A stretch of 64,000 nt of DNA from Octopus sinensis (taxonomy: Eukaryota), in contig NC_042997.1 in NCBI RefSeq assembly GCF_006345805.1, forward strand, positions 58,528,001 through 58,592,000, read 5' to 3'. A program made the position numbers and the translations under genes. Position 1 is the stretch's first letter. Each line of letters starts with the position of its first letter. The notes under the pieces are model-generated. The model was not told where the DNA came from. It ran no database searches and was given only the letters and a program-made list of their open reading frames with translations. Below, one piece after another: positions 23,891 to 36,501 of the stretch.

Positions 23891-26276
23891 TTGGAGCATG
23901 AACGCAACAGACGACAATGAAACAACCGGACAGATAGACGATGCAAAAACAGAAAAGAAAAGCAACAAATAGACTGACAGGAAAAAAAAAACAAGGACGG
24001 ATCATTCACAGTCTTCTCTCGTCTGTCAGGTTTCCAGATCCTCCTTACAGTTTCGGCCGGTTACACTTGAGACTATTCAAATCTGGTTGGCTCCAAAAAT
24101 CTAAGCTAAGAGCATTAAATATTTTGGGAAAAAGCAAGCGAATGTGTACGACAACAAAGATAAAAAACGGAGGAAATGTTACACAATTACAAATACAAGC
24201 AACAAGAAAATAACAACACGTGTCTTTCGACCAATAAAGACGAATCAAGTGGAGCTGGCGTGTGTAGAGTGAAAGTCTTGAGGCAGGAACATAGGAAACG
24301 AACATAAAAGGTGAAAGTCATGAGACAGGAATACAAGAGATGTTTTAGACATGAAAGATCATGCTTGGCCGAACAACGGTTACGTGGAAAGAAAGGAGAG
24401 AGGTTGGAGGCAGAAGGATTGAAGAATTAGGAAAAGAACGAGAAAGAGAGGAAATCAAAGGGACACAGAGAAAGGTATAAGGGAGATAAACGAGGAGGGA
24501 AAGTAGGGAGATTAAAGAAAGAGAAAACCAAGAAATGTGAGAGAGGAGGAAAGAGGAAAAGAAAAGAGGAAAGAAAGAAGAAAGTATGAGGGGGACTACA
24601 AGTAAGTAAGGGTCGTACAGAATTTAGATACATACTTACAAGGTGAGCAAAAGTGTACGTACGCCTCTATATGTATGTATCAATCCAAACAATGGAACAA
24701 GAACGCAACAGACGAAATGAAACATCCGGGCAGATAGACGATACAAAGACGACCAGGGGAATCAACAAAAAGACGGAAAGGAAAACACGTGGGTATGCTT
24801 GTTTGTGCATAGCAACTACGTTGTATACTTCTGTTTGTTTTCTTTTTATTTGAAAAAAAGGCATGTTTGGTCGCTGAGCGAACACATTTTTGCACCACAC
24901 GATCTAATTGTTGTTTTTTTTCTGTTATAAATCTTGTATCACGGCATTTATACATTCAATTCTGTGATGGCTTTAAAATGTAGGCTTTCTCCTTATTCAT
25001 TGTGCTGCAAATGTTAAGCATGTTTCTCAACCGCACTTATACGTTGATTAATTGAGTAACGAAGAGAACTAGTGTATTTAGAAATCCAAATGAAGTAATC
25101 TCTTCCCGTCTACTCATTCGGCTAGAAATAGCAGCTAATTTTTTTATGCATGGGAAATAGACTGGCTGGGCTGGCCTGGGCTGGGCTGGAATGTCTTATT
25201 ATATGCCAACTCGATCAGAGGTAATTTGAGATTAAACAACATTAGTAACATATGAATTTAGAAAGTTACCTATCCATAACTACTACAATCCGTAAAATTT
25301 TACCTCCTTATTAAAATTGGAGTGGGTTCAGAAAATAACCTTTCTGATCTTTCTAGAGGATTCATTTGTTGCGTTGTGTGTACTGCAGAATTTCACTATT
25401 TCATCAGTCATGTACAGTAACTGATGAGTGTTGACTAATTTGATGCAAGCATGCTTCTCCTCCTACACACTCCTTCAGATATTTACACAATGCTGTTTGC
25501 ATAGTGAGGAGCGATTAAATTTTGAGACTACATAACAAGTTAACTGTTTTGATTTTTGTGCATTTAATTCTGAAACTAGAATGAGATATTTCGCAGATGA
25601 GATTCCCTGTAATGAAATTCACCTCGGTCATTTAGTTTCAAACTGAGCTCATTAAATGTTTATGTAATTCGTTTCCTGAATATATCTGTGAGCGCAATTT
25701 GACCGAGCGGCTGTGAAGTTTGACCTTGGTTCCGCATTTTGGGCAAATGTTATATTTGTCAATGGCCTCGGGTCGACCCATAATTTGTGAGTGAAATTGG
25801 ATTGGCAGAAACTGTGAAGAAGCCTTCGAACTTGTAATTCAAAAGTCCAGCCTTGTTATACTGTGTCACGTTTATTTCTCCTGGGAATTACATTAAGGTT
25901 GCACTTGACTATGGAATATTCAACCATTTACACGCTAGTTCAATGAGTTTAGTAGCTCAGATGATTAAAGAAAATTGAAAATAATGATCAGAAATTCTGG
26001 CCGGGATCCATTTATATATTCAATCATGCTTTTTTAACTCATTAGTCCACCACTTGTGTACAGCGCACGTAGGTGTATTTCTGTTCAACTGAGATTTTCC
26101 AGTTCATAGTGATCAAAATCTTCAAAGATGTCCACGAGAAAGACAGACACGTTTATTGTCATTTGCCTTTCCTTCAGCCACTTTGAAGCGACTTCCTGGT
26201 GTGTCAAATGACTCACGTGTTTGCTTTTTCATCAAACTGAGCGACAATAATAATGACTTACATTGAATTTTTTCAA

Positions 26277-26460
26277 TACAGTTCTATATTTAAGAAATGA
26301 GGAATTATGTACATTTGACAGATATTTGTCCTCATCTTGTTTGTTGTTAACACAACGTTTCGGCTGATATACCCTTCAGCCTTCATCAGGTGTCTTGGAA
26401 AATTTCGAACCTGGGTTCTCATTCCTAAGGAATTTTTCGATATTATTATTATTATTATTA

Positions 26461-26517
<57 letters not shown>

Positions 26518-26588
26518 TCACTGCCTTGAATCGAACTCAGAATCTTGGGGTTAGTAGCCCGCGCTCTTATCCACTACGCCATATGTCG
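26277..26588 (-). mobile_element. SINE-like element: tRNA-like head + (AAT)n + PLE-type tail carrying a hammerhead ribozyme
   Basis: A box TGGCGTAGTGG (26571-26581), B box GAGTTCGATTC (26528-26538), loop CTACTAA, (AAT)n 26441-26513, hammerhead 26349-26394. No clear TSD. Confidence 0.75.
26349..26394 (-). ncRNA. Minimal type I hammerhead ribozyme motif
   Basis: gacac-CTGATGA-a-ggctga-agggtata-tcagcc-GAAAC-GTT-gtgtt. Helix I is 5 bp, helix II 6 bp, helix III is the loop-less palindrome AACGTT; all core nucleotides present. Confidence 0.8.
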
Positions 26589-26711
26589 AATAAATACCCA
26601 AATATATGTATACTTTTTCCAATGTCATTGAATAAATTCAGCGAAATACTGCGAGGGGCTTTTTTTTTATGAATTGCATTATGCTTCCTAATTATAATAG
26701 TAAGCACTTTT

Positions 26712-26865
26712 ACTGTCGGCACAAGGCCTGAAATTTGGGTTTGGGAAAGGGTCTAGTCGAGTATCGACCCAGTGCTCAACTAGTACTTATTTTATCGACA
26801 CCGAAAGGATGAAAGATGCAGTCGACTTCAGCGGCATTTGAACTTAGAACGTAAATCCTGGAACA
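26712..26865 (-). mobile_element. SINE family M, 5'-truncated
   Basis: ggcacaaggcctgaaatttgg...cgacccagtgctcaactagtacttattttatcgacaccgaaaggatgaaag. Confidence 0.7.
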
Positions 26866-27624
26866 GGTTTCCGACGCCATTACAGCCTAACAATCGACTT
26901 CCTCTCAACCTTTAGTATAAACGAGGCCATATAGACGTAATTGGCGGGGGAAGAGGACGAAGTGGATCGAAGGGTTAGTCGCTTAGACAGACTTCAGTAT
27001 TTGACTGGTATTTTATTTTATAGACTCTGAAATGATGAAAAGCAAAGCTTACTTCGTGTAGATTTGAACATAGAACATGAAACAGATCACAAAATACAGG
27101 AAATATTATGGTATGTATGTGTGTTATACATTTACGGGTATATAGTTATCCTTTTATAAACTAATGGTTTACATATATGAATGTATATACACTTACATAT
27201 ATTGATCTATCCATATGTAGCCGTAAGTATGCATCTGTGTGTATTTATATAAGCATGCGCATTGCTAGATGCAGAAAGTAACAAAGTTAAATAACATTAT
27301 GTAATATGACACATGAAGGATGTGACATTGCACAAGTATTTGACATTTGTCATACTACCATATACATCCTTGTTTTATAAATTTATGGAACTATCATCTG
27401 AGAGAGTGCCTCGTATTGTTGTTCAATTGATGAAATATGGTGTATTTCAAATGTCAAACAGGAGGTGTAATTATGAAGCAATGACTCATTATCCACTTAT
27501 TATAATACGTTAGATAACTAATTTGTAGTATGTAATTAGCTTTTATCTTTATAATCGAAATATATTCAGAAAACTTCTTAATTGTATCTTTGCATTCAGA
27601 TTATTGATTACGATTTTAAATACA

Positions 27625-28040
27625 TACTTTCTCACACATGCATAAATACATACATACATACATACATACATACATACATACATACATACACATGTATGCA
27701 TACATACATGCACGCATACATACATGCATGCATACATACATGGATGCATACATACATGCATGCATACATACATGCATGCATACATACATGCATACATACA
27801 TTCATGCATACATACACATGTATGCATACATGCATGCATACATACATGCATACATACATTCATACATACACATGCATGCATACATGCATGCATACATACA
27901 TGCATGCATACATACATACATGCATACATACATATACAGACGTGCATACATACATACATACATACATACATACATACATACATACACTGACGTGCAGACA
28001 TACATGCATACATACACTGACGTACATACATACATACATA
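27625..28040. repeat. ~420-bp (CATA)n/(CATG)n tetranucleotide array
   Basis: Visible directly; source of MYVC/HTYI ORFs. Confidence 0.95.
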
Positions 28041-28094
28041 TATAAATACACACGAGGATTACTCCATCTTCACAGATGATTGCCGACTCCTTGT

Positions 28095-28260
28095 GCTTCT
28101 TTGTTCATCAATGGCATTGCTGACTTTCCGTTCATGACCTCTCATAGAACTATTTGGTTCCGCTGCAGATCTTCATGGTTTGAAGCATAGGTAACAGGCG
28201 TGTGCTTCCTGCTTGTTATGACTGTATACGTCGCCACTTTCAACACCATATGACTTTTAG
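28095..28260 (+). pseudogene. Possible relic of a transposon-associated P2X7-C-terminal-like domain
   Basis: IGNRRVLPACYDCIRRHFSTP resembles the RRVxPxCVVxxIRxxFP motif; flanked by stops; resemblance by eye only. Confidence 0.2.
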
Positions 28261-28547
28261 TAGATGGAATGCCAAATGCGGTAACCATGAAGAAACATCT
28301 GTACATGATTGGGTTATAGTGATAAGCATTTGCACAACCCGAGTGCCACTCTCTAAAGAGGCTCCATGATTACTACCGAATGACAGACCGAAGCGAAATG
28401 ATTACTAATCACACGAAACCATAGTTTTTAAGTCAGAGTATTCTTCTCCAAGAATGATGCTGTGACAACAGCTAGGGGTCCTTCACTCGCGTGGTCGTTT
28501 CTGGGACGACTTTGTTCCGTGTTGCGGTGTAGAAAAATTATTTTATT

Positions 28548-28856
28548 CTTTTAGTTGTATTAGTCATTTGACTGCAGACATGCTGGAGCACCGCCTTAAA
28601 GGGTTTGAAATCGAAGAAATCGACACCACCATAAATTCTTTGTAAGCCAAGTTACGGGGACGTAAACCCACCAACAGACACAAAGACATAAATACACACA
28701 CACACACATGTTTCCGTCTACCAAATCCACTCACAAGGCTTTGGTCGGCCCGAGGCTATAGTAGAAAACACTTGCCCGAGGTGCCACGCAGTGGGACTGA
28801 ACCCAGAACCAAGTGGTTGGGAACCAAGGTTCTTACCACACCGCCACGACTGTGCT
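28548..28856 (-). mobile_element. SINE family C, internally deleted
   Basis: Tail ttagtcatttgactgcagacatgctggagcaccgcc, head-side cacttgcccgaggtgccacgcagtgggactgaacccag. Confidence 0.85.
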
Positions 28857-29657
28857 TATTATGTTTTTGTAATACATTAAGTGTATAAATGGATCTTTTC
28901 CGAAACGACAACTGCAACCTCTGAATTTTCGACGATATGCATTAAGTAGGATATATAGATAAAATTTTACGCACACACGCACGTGCACATAGTTTACCGT
29001 TCCGTTATAGATAGGATCAACAAAAAGTACTCTATCCAGTGAGAAATAATGCAATTTATTATACGCAATAAAGAAAAGGGCTACTAATAATTTCAAGCTT
29101 GTTTTCTCGTTTTTTCATCACATGCTTTCTCATAGACCAGCGTCCTAGTTTTAAATAGACCTAACAATATGCGCTGAGCCTGAAAGATAGCTTCATGATA
29201 GATGACATGTTATATAAACCTGGATGAATCTGTTTTGTAAATTATGTATGCACAAACGCACACGCACACACACACATATTTACATATGTGGGTGATTTAA
29301 GATCTGCATTTAAGAACTTTATGAGAGAGAACTTTGTGAGAGAGAATGAAACAAACGTTTTCATTTTTTATGAAAACGCTTATGAATATTTACTTATGAA
29401 TATTTACTAAAAGAATTATAACTTACTTTTCATTCACTTTACTCTATTTTTAATTCTTCTTTTTTATTTTTCTTCATCTTTCTTTATGCTACCGCATATT
29501 GTTTTTAGCCTTTATTTAATCTTGTATTATTTCCTTCATCTTTACATTTATATTTTACTTCGTCATCATTTCCCCTAGATCCTACTTCAGCCTGACTATA
29601 TTCTATCCTAACTACCAAGATTCATCTTATTTTCTTCGCTTCATTTGTATTTATGCA

Positions 29658-29699
<42 letters not shown>

Positions 29700-29767
29700 G
29701 TGTGTGTTTGTGTGTGTGTATGTGCATATGTACGTATGTATATGTAATACGTGTGTGTGTATGTGTA

Positions 29768-29819
<52 letters not shown>

Positions 29820-29880
29820 TAGAAAAAATAAGATTGGAATAATATTCCCTCATATATACATATATAAATATATATATATA

Positions 29881-30324
29881 TATTAATACACAAATATGAG
29901 AGAGATTCCACTATGTGGACGCGCTTACGCTAGAGATAGTTCCGCAAGGGGACTCAACCACTAAGAATTGTTCTCAAGAAAAATTTAGCACACTAAGAAC
30001 GCAAGCGAAATAATACTGCTCGTGTCTTTGACCTCGTGTTAATATATAGCGTGCAGTTCGACAAATTATATTTTATGACGTACCTCACCGATGATCTGAG
30101 GATAATTACGTAAGTAAAATTGCATATAATTTATTAACAGTGAAACAATTGTAAGGGGTTAATCTATATTTTTTTGTTATTTTTCATTTGTCCTGCTCGC
30201 TTGCGTTCTTAGTGTGCTAAATTTTTCTTGAGAACAATTCTTAGTGGCTGAGTCCCCTTGCGGATCTATCTCTAGCGTAAGAGCGTCCACATAGTGGATT
30301 CTCTCTCATATTTGTGGATTAATA
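29881..30324. repeat. Long inverted repeat: 128-bp arms (5 mismatches), 188-bp spacer containing a hammerhead relic
   Basis: 29881-30008 versus reverse complement of 30197-30324 match at 123/128. Spacer has acctca-CCGATGA...GAAAC-aatt-GTA-aggggt (30082-30159). Confidence 0.9.
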
Positions 30325-30440
30325 ATATTTACTGAATCTCAGTCTTTTACGCTAGAACACTGGTGTTTAAATTGATGTTATTAAATTAGTATCCAATTTT
30401 TTCACCCTCTTTTTGACTTATATATATATATATATATATA

Positions 30441-30715
30441 GGGTTAATCCAAACGGGAAAACAGAAAAAACAACAACACGTGGAACAATTACAGTATTAT
30501 TATTATTAGGCGCTCAGGAAAATGGAAGAAGGAGGGTATGACGTTTCGAGCGGAGCTCTTCGTCGGAAACATAGGAGAAAGAAAGATCCCGAGACGGGAG
30601 GACAGAGGAAAAAAATTGCAGGTAGTCTTCACGAGGTCACATACTAAAAAGACGGAAGTGGTAAAAAAGGAGGAAAATGTTTTTTAAAAACAGGAGAGCT
30701 GAATCAAAGAGGGAA
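30441..30715 (-). mobile_element. PLE-like terminal fragment with near-intact hammerhead (U4C), ending at (TA)n
   Basis: Minus 30570-30536: gttt-CCGACGA-a-gagc-tcc-gctc-GAAAC-GTC-atac, then ttttcctgagcgcctaata and (TA)n at 30419-30440. Confidence 0.6.
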
Positions 30716-30718
30716 TGG

Positions 30719-30765
<47 letters not shown>

Positions 30766-30878
30766 CGTGGCGTATATATAAATATATATGTATATTTATA
30801 TATGCGTGTGTGCACGTCACTTTGTATGCATATATGTGTGTGTATATATATATATATATGTGTATATATTTATATATA

Positions 30879-30920
<42 letters not shown>

Positions 30921-31039
30921 AATAATATATATTTATATGCATATGTACATACCTACATATATATATATTTTTTTTTTTTTCTGTGTGTGTATATATATAT
31001 ATATATATATGCATTTCTCTCTCTCTTTGTGTATATGTG

Positions 31040-31084
<45 letters not shown>

Positions 31085-31307
31085 CATCGGCATCCTTAAT
31101 TCGTTTTAAGGTTCATTTGATTTCAATTTAAAATTTTTACATTTATCTTAATCTACGCCACTACATTTGCATTTATTTTAATTCCATTAAAATCTTTTCT
31201 CTTTCACACCGTGTAAACAACTCTCCACTTTCTTGTTCAATCGCATCCCCCTTTCCCTATTTCTTTTACTGCTGTCTTTCTCTTCGCTTTTCGTTGCTGT
31301 TGTTGCT

Positions 31308-31384
<77 letters not shown>

Positions 31385-31606
31385 TATTATCATTATTATC
31401 ATTATTATTGAGTGAATGAGAAAACAGTACACGTCGCAAAAGTGACATACAAGTATTTTAAGCCCAGTATATATACATATATATATATAGGATTTGCAAC
31501 TACACTTTCTCGTTTGGTTATTATTAGTCAAATAAGAAACTTCAAGCTGCAATAAATTGAAGATTCATTTAAATAACTTAATGACAAGCATTGAGACATT
31601 TCTAGG

Positions 31607-31663
<57 letters not shown>

Positions 31664-32580
31664 CTGAAATTAATCCTGCATCGGTTTTGATTATAAGTAA
31701 TTCTAATAGTTCCGACTATCTATTTTTGCAATCATAGTGTAACTGCTCGAATATTTCATTTGTACCATTCATGCAATCAACACGACGCAGTGTTCGTTGC
31801 AAGGTCGGTACAGTCTAACCCACGGGCTTCCACACAAATTCCGCCAGCTCATTTTACTTATGAGATTAGAGTGATCCAAGGCTTGGTAAAAAGAACTTGT
31901 CCAAGGTATCCTGGAGTGGGATTGAACCTGACGCACTATGATTCTAAAGCAAATTTGTTAAGAATTCGGCTATATTTCCCTGATTGTTGTTTGACTTTGT
32001 TTATTATTATATTCCTTATTGTATTGCTAGCGCATTTGGTTTTAGTTTTCTCGGTTTTGCTGCATGTGTTTAGTTCATGTCGGTGCATCAAAGAATTAAC
32101 CGAAATCACCCAATTTTATTTGAAAACATTACGCACTTCCAGATATCTTTAAACATCACTAGTTAGTGCTGTTTGACAAAATCCATCCAAAGTTTTGGAA
32201 ATAATCCGTTACGAACTAAGCTTCTAACAGACTTTAGCCTTTTGCTGTAGCAGTATGCCTATTCATATTCCAAGTTGTTTGTTCTATTCACAAGAAAAGA
32301 AAACGCCGTTGCTTCAACCTTTAAAAAAAATGTCAAATTTCAAGTAAAAGCAATAATGATAGCCATTTGTATTCTTGTTGCATGTTGTTCTTAGAAACTT
32401 TTTTCCTTTAACCTGTATTTCTTTTAACTATTTGGTTAACTATTTCCTAGTTATGTAAACTGAGATAATCAAAGGACATAATTTATAGCACGTGTTTGAA
32501 CAAGAACAAACGACGGTCGAATATTATTCTACATTTGATTTAAGAGTCCAAGTTTCCAAAGCATATCTATTCATTCATAG

Positions 32581-32649
32581 AATTGGTTGATCTCCTGAAG
32601 AACAGAGTAGCTGCACAAGCTACAAAGAGCAAAATTCAGTTTCAGAGTC
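32581..32649 (+). CDS. Weak candidate internal exon (phase 1-1): (E)LVDLLKNRVAAQATKSKIQFQS
   Basis: Acceptor tctattcattcatAG, donor GTAATA, protein-like peptide. Too short to exclude chance. Confidence 0.15.
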
Positions 32650-34852
32650 GTAATAAGAAGGAAACGTTTTATAATTTTAACTTCCCCCTTTAGTTCCGTT
32701 TGTCTTAGGTGTCTTTCAAATGTTGACGATAATAGATATTTTTATTTTCCTTGTGTAAATAAGTAATAATGAATTTAATATTTTTGTGAAGTACATCTAT
32801 TACAGTGAAGTGCATCGTCTAAGATAAAGGAGCCTCAACGGGAACTCATGATGGAACATTTAAGAAAACTAACGAAAGAGCTTCTACAAACCAACAGAGG
32901 CGCATCGGTGTTGTCGCTCAACCTGTAAGAAATAGTGACCATATGCCCCAGAGAGCACTTTACCAACTTTAAAGAGAGGAACGTAGGCTACTATAGTCCT
33001 GGATACAATTTCTGAAAATAAGAAGCAATAGTTTTAGGCTGAAGACTTGTTTAGAACTTACCAGAGACAAAAATATAACACCATATCAGATAACAACCGA
33101 ACTGAGTTAGTTTTAGTTGCAAATTGCTCATTCTCTAGTTCAAAGCCAGCCATTACGCATCATTGCTATCATTTAATAAATACTGATATCTTATGCCGAC
33201 AAAATGTAATAAATTCCTAGCGAAAGCTGCCTGATACTTATTTTATCAGCGTTGGAGAAATGAAAATGAAAATTAACTCCAGTGGAATTTGAATTCAGAA
33301 CATAAAGGTATGAAACTTTAAAACGAATGCTGCATGCTATTGACATCTCCTTATCCGCTGCTTCCGTAATTCGTCTCTTTTGTGTCTATAAAGTATTGTT
33401 TCTCATATAAGTACAAGGCTACACATTTATTAGAGACTTGTATAGTTGACTGAATGAATCAGCATCAACTCGATACTGCTAGTTATTTTATCAATTCCAC
33501 ACATGTGAAAAGCAAAGTTTTAACCTGTGGGGTTTTTAATGACTTAAAAGAGGAAGAAAAGTTGTCATTAGCTGTTTGAGGTCTTCCGAGACTGGTACAA
33601 AGAGGCGAGAAAATTATCCTTAAACGTAATTATCATGTACTAAATGGATATTTGCAATATAATGGAATTCCGCAAAAGACACGCAAAGACCAAAAAATAG
33701 TGGTGAACTGGGTGATGGATTAATTCTACCACCGAAGGACAGAAATAATCTTTCGACGGGTCTCCACACAGTCTCTATCCGTCAAATTTCACTCACAAAG
33801 CTTTTATAGATCTGAGGCAATGATAGAAGGTAGAACCCAAACTGCCGGGTAGCGTAACTAGATCCCAAACTATGTAGTTGCGATGCAGATTTTTCAAACC
33901 ACACAACGATGACCCACTCATTCCCTAGGGACATGAAACGAAATATTATAAGGCATGTAACATTTACTCGATCGCTTTTACCCACACCACAATCATTTGT
34001 TATTATTTGCTGTGTTAAAGGCGGTGAGATGGCAAAATCGTTAGTGCATCATTTCGATCGCCACCTCACATTCTGTGTTCAAATGCAGCCCAGATCAATT
34101 TTTCCATTCGTCGATAAATTAAAGTACCAGTCACGTACGGGTGTCTGATATCGCTCTTACCGGACCTCTCCTTGTACCTAAATCAGAAACAATTATTATT
34201 TACTATGTATAAAATATTGATTTACATCATTAATATAAGGCCAGAAATGTGTAGAATAGGATTATAATCAATATCGTCAGAGTATTGCTGGTATATATTA
34301 TGTCTGCTCCAGCAGATTGAAATGTAAATTAGATCCTACTTAAACTGGAACCCAAACTATAGAAAGACGAAACTAAATAATTTATAACCACCTACAGTTT
34401 CTACCTTCCGCCACAGTTTCATTGTTTTTTTTTATTTTTAAACTATTAAGAATCTTCAAATCAATAAAGTTAGAACCAGCTTTTTTCTCTCTATAAAGTA
34501 CATTCAATTTAAACGATTGATAGCTTGTTTTTGTTTCGTTTCTTTAAGTTCAATTATATGAAATCTTACTTGCCTGAAAATTATGGGAGGAAGACGTAAT
34601 TACTATTTAATCTAAAATCGGTGTTGCATCGTATAACCAATATAGAAAAACCCATTAATGTAGTATATTTTACCATTATTCGAGAAATTTTGTTGAAATG
34701 GCACGGCTTCTTAAAGAAATATTTATTCAGCAGTATGAATATTCATGGATGTTTTCTAAAGTTGGATATAAAGATTACCTTTTGGTATTAATACAGCTTC
34801 CGTAGCTAATAATGAAAATAATAATGAAAATAACTATGACAACAACAATGCT

Positions 34853-34901
<49 letters not shown>

Positions 34902-35030
34902 GTTTCAAATTTTTCCAAAAAGGAGGCATTTTGGTCTAAGGGATGATTCAATTACATCGACCCCAGTGTTTCACTGGTACTTAATTTATCGACCCCAAAA
35001 GGATGAAAGGCAAAGTCGACCTCGGCAACG
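34902..35030 (-). mobile_element. SINE family M, 5'-truncated, beside (AAT)n
   Basis: catcgaccccagtgtttcactggtacttaatttatcgaccccaaaaggatgaaaggcaaagtcgacctcggc. Confidence 0.8.
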
Positions 35031-35034
35031 CGCA

Positions 35035-36260
35035 CTATCAGCTGGGAAAGAACGGACTTCGTCTCAACCACCTTCTTTTTATAGATGATTTAAAACTGTT
35101 CGCAAAAACAGATCCTGAAATGGAAAGGCTGGTTGAGACTGTATAGATGTTCAGCAAGGATACAGAGATGGAATTCAGTGTCTCGGAGTGAACAATGCTC
35201 ACTTTGAAACGGAGGGAAAAATACAGATTGTAAGGGCATAGAATTGCCAAACGGAGAGAGAATGGAAGACCTAGATGATGATGGGTGCAAGTACCTTGGG
35301 ATCCTGGAGCTGGACAATATCTTGCACAGAGAAATGAAAGACAAGGTCATCACTGAATAATTCAAGCGCCTCAAATTTCTCTTGAAATCAAAACACAACT
35401 CAAGGAACCTTGTGACTGCCATCAACATATGGGCTGCTGCTTTTTCTTCCTTCAAATCAGGACTCACGCCATTAGCCACAAAGAATAATCTCTAATTCGA
35501 GCCTACTCTAAGCTACTAAGAATGCGTGCGGCAACTTGAAGATCCACCCACCACACGTGATAGACTGGCGGCAGCACAGGCGCGAAAGCTACGTTGTTAT
35601 CCTCATTCTGTAAACGGTGGGTTTTAACGGGTGGAGAGCTGAACCATCCTGGGGTACAGAGGATTCGTAATCTAGACTATGGTTTAAAAGTTCACCACAC
35701 CATAGTGGGTTACACCATGGTTTCCCTGCTTTGTGGCAGAAGTAGGAAGAAAGAGTGAGAGAAAGTTGTGGTGAAAGAGTACAGCGGGGTTCACTCCACC
35801 CCACCCCACCGCCGGGCTCGTGGAGCTTAGGTGTTTTTGCTCAATAAACACTCACAATGCCCGGTCTGGGAATCGAAACTGCGTTCTTACGACCGCGTGT
35901 TCGTTGCCCTAACCACTGGGCCATTGCACCTCCACTGGGCTGTTGCTGTAGTCCGCTACAGTGCACCCATCCTGAAAGATGTGGCAGCTACGAGAGTCAA
36001 ATATAAAGGTTGTCCCTATTGTTATCGGAGCGTTGGGCTCAATACCACCCAACCTGAAGAAACAAATGGAAACTTTAAAAATACCCTACAATCTAGGTGT
36101 ATTGTAAAAATCGGCGTTACTTGGAATTGCACGCATATTATGTAAAGTACTGTCAATCTGAGACACTTGTTGTCACTTGACAGACAGTGCAAACCCCGGT
36201 AGACACAATATCTTCAATTAATAACACCACGATATTGGATACTGTGCGACATCTTAATAA
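35035..36260 (+). mobile_element. R4/Dong LINE relic (RT core, large internal deletion, 3' end, then (AAT)n), split by a SINE
   Basis: LNHLLFIDDLKLFAK...CKYLGILE...NLVTAINIWAA, resumes WAVAVVRYSAPILK at 35936; 3' end KSALLGIARILCKVLSI* (~36105-36160); (AAT)n 36263-36345. Confidence 0.85.
35441..35935 (-). mobile_element. tRNA-derived SINE, family B head with a distinct 3' region, inserted with an 11-bp TSD
   Basis: Head gtggaggtgcaatggcccagtggttagggc...tttcgattccc. TSD tgggctgctgc (35430-35440) / tgggctgttgc (35936-35946). Confidence 0.85.
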
Positions 36261-36284
36261 ATAATAATAATGATAATAATAATG

Positions 36285-36348
<64 letters not shown>

Positions 36349-36452
36349 CATCTTATATGTATACATACATATATATATATATACATACATATACATATAC
36401 ATATACATACATACATACATACATACATACATACATACATACATACATACAC

Positions 36453-36501
<49 letters not shown>

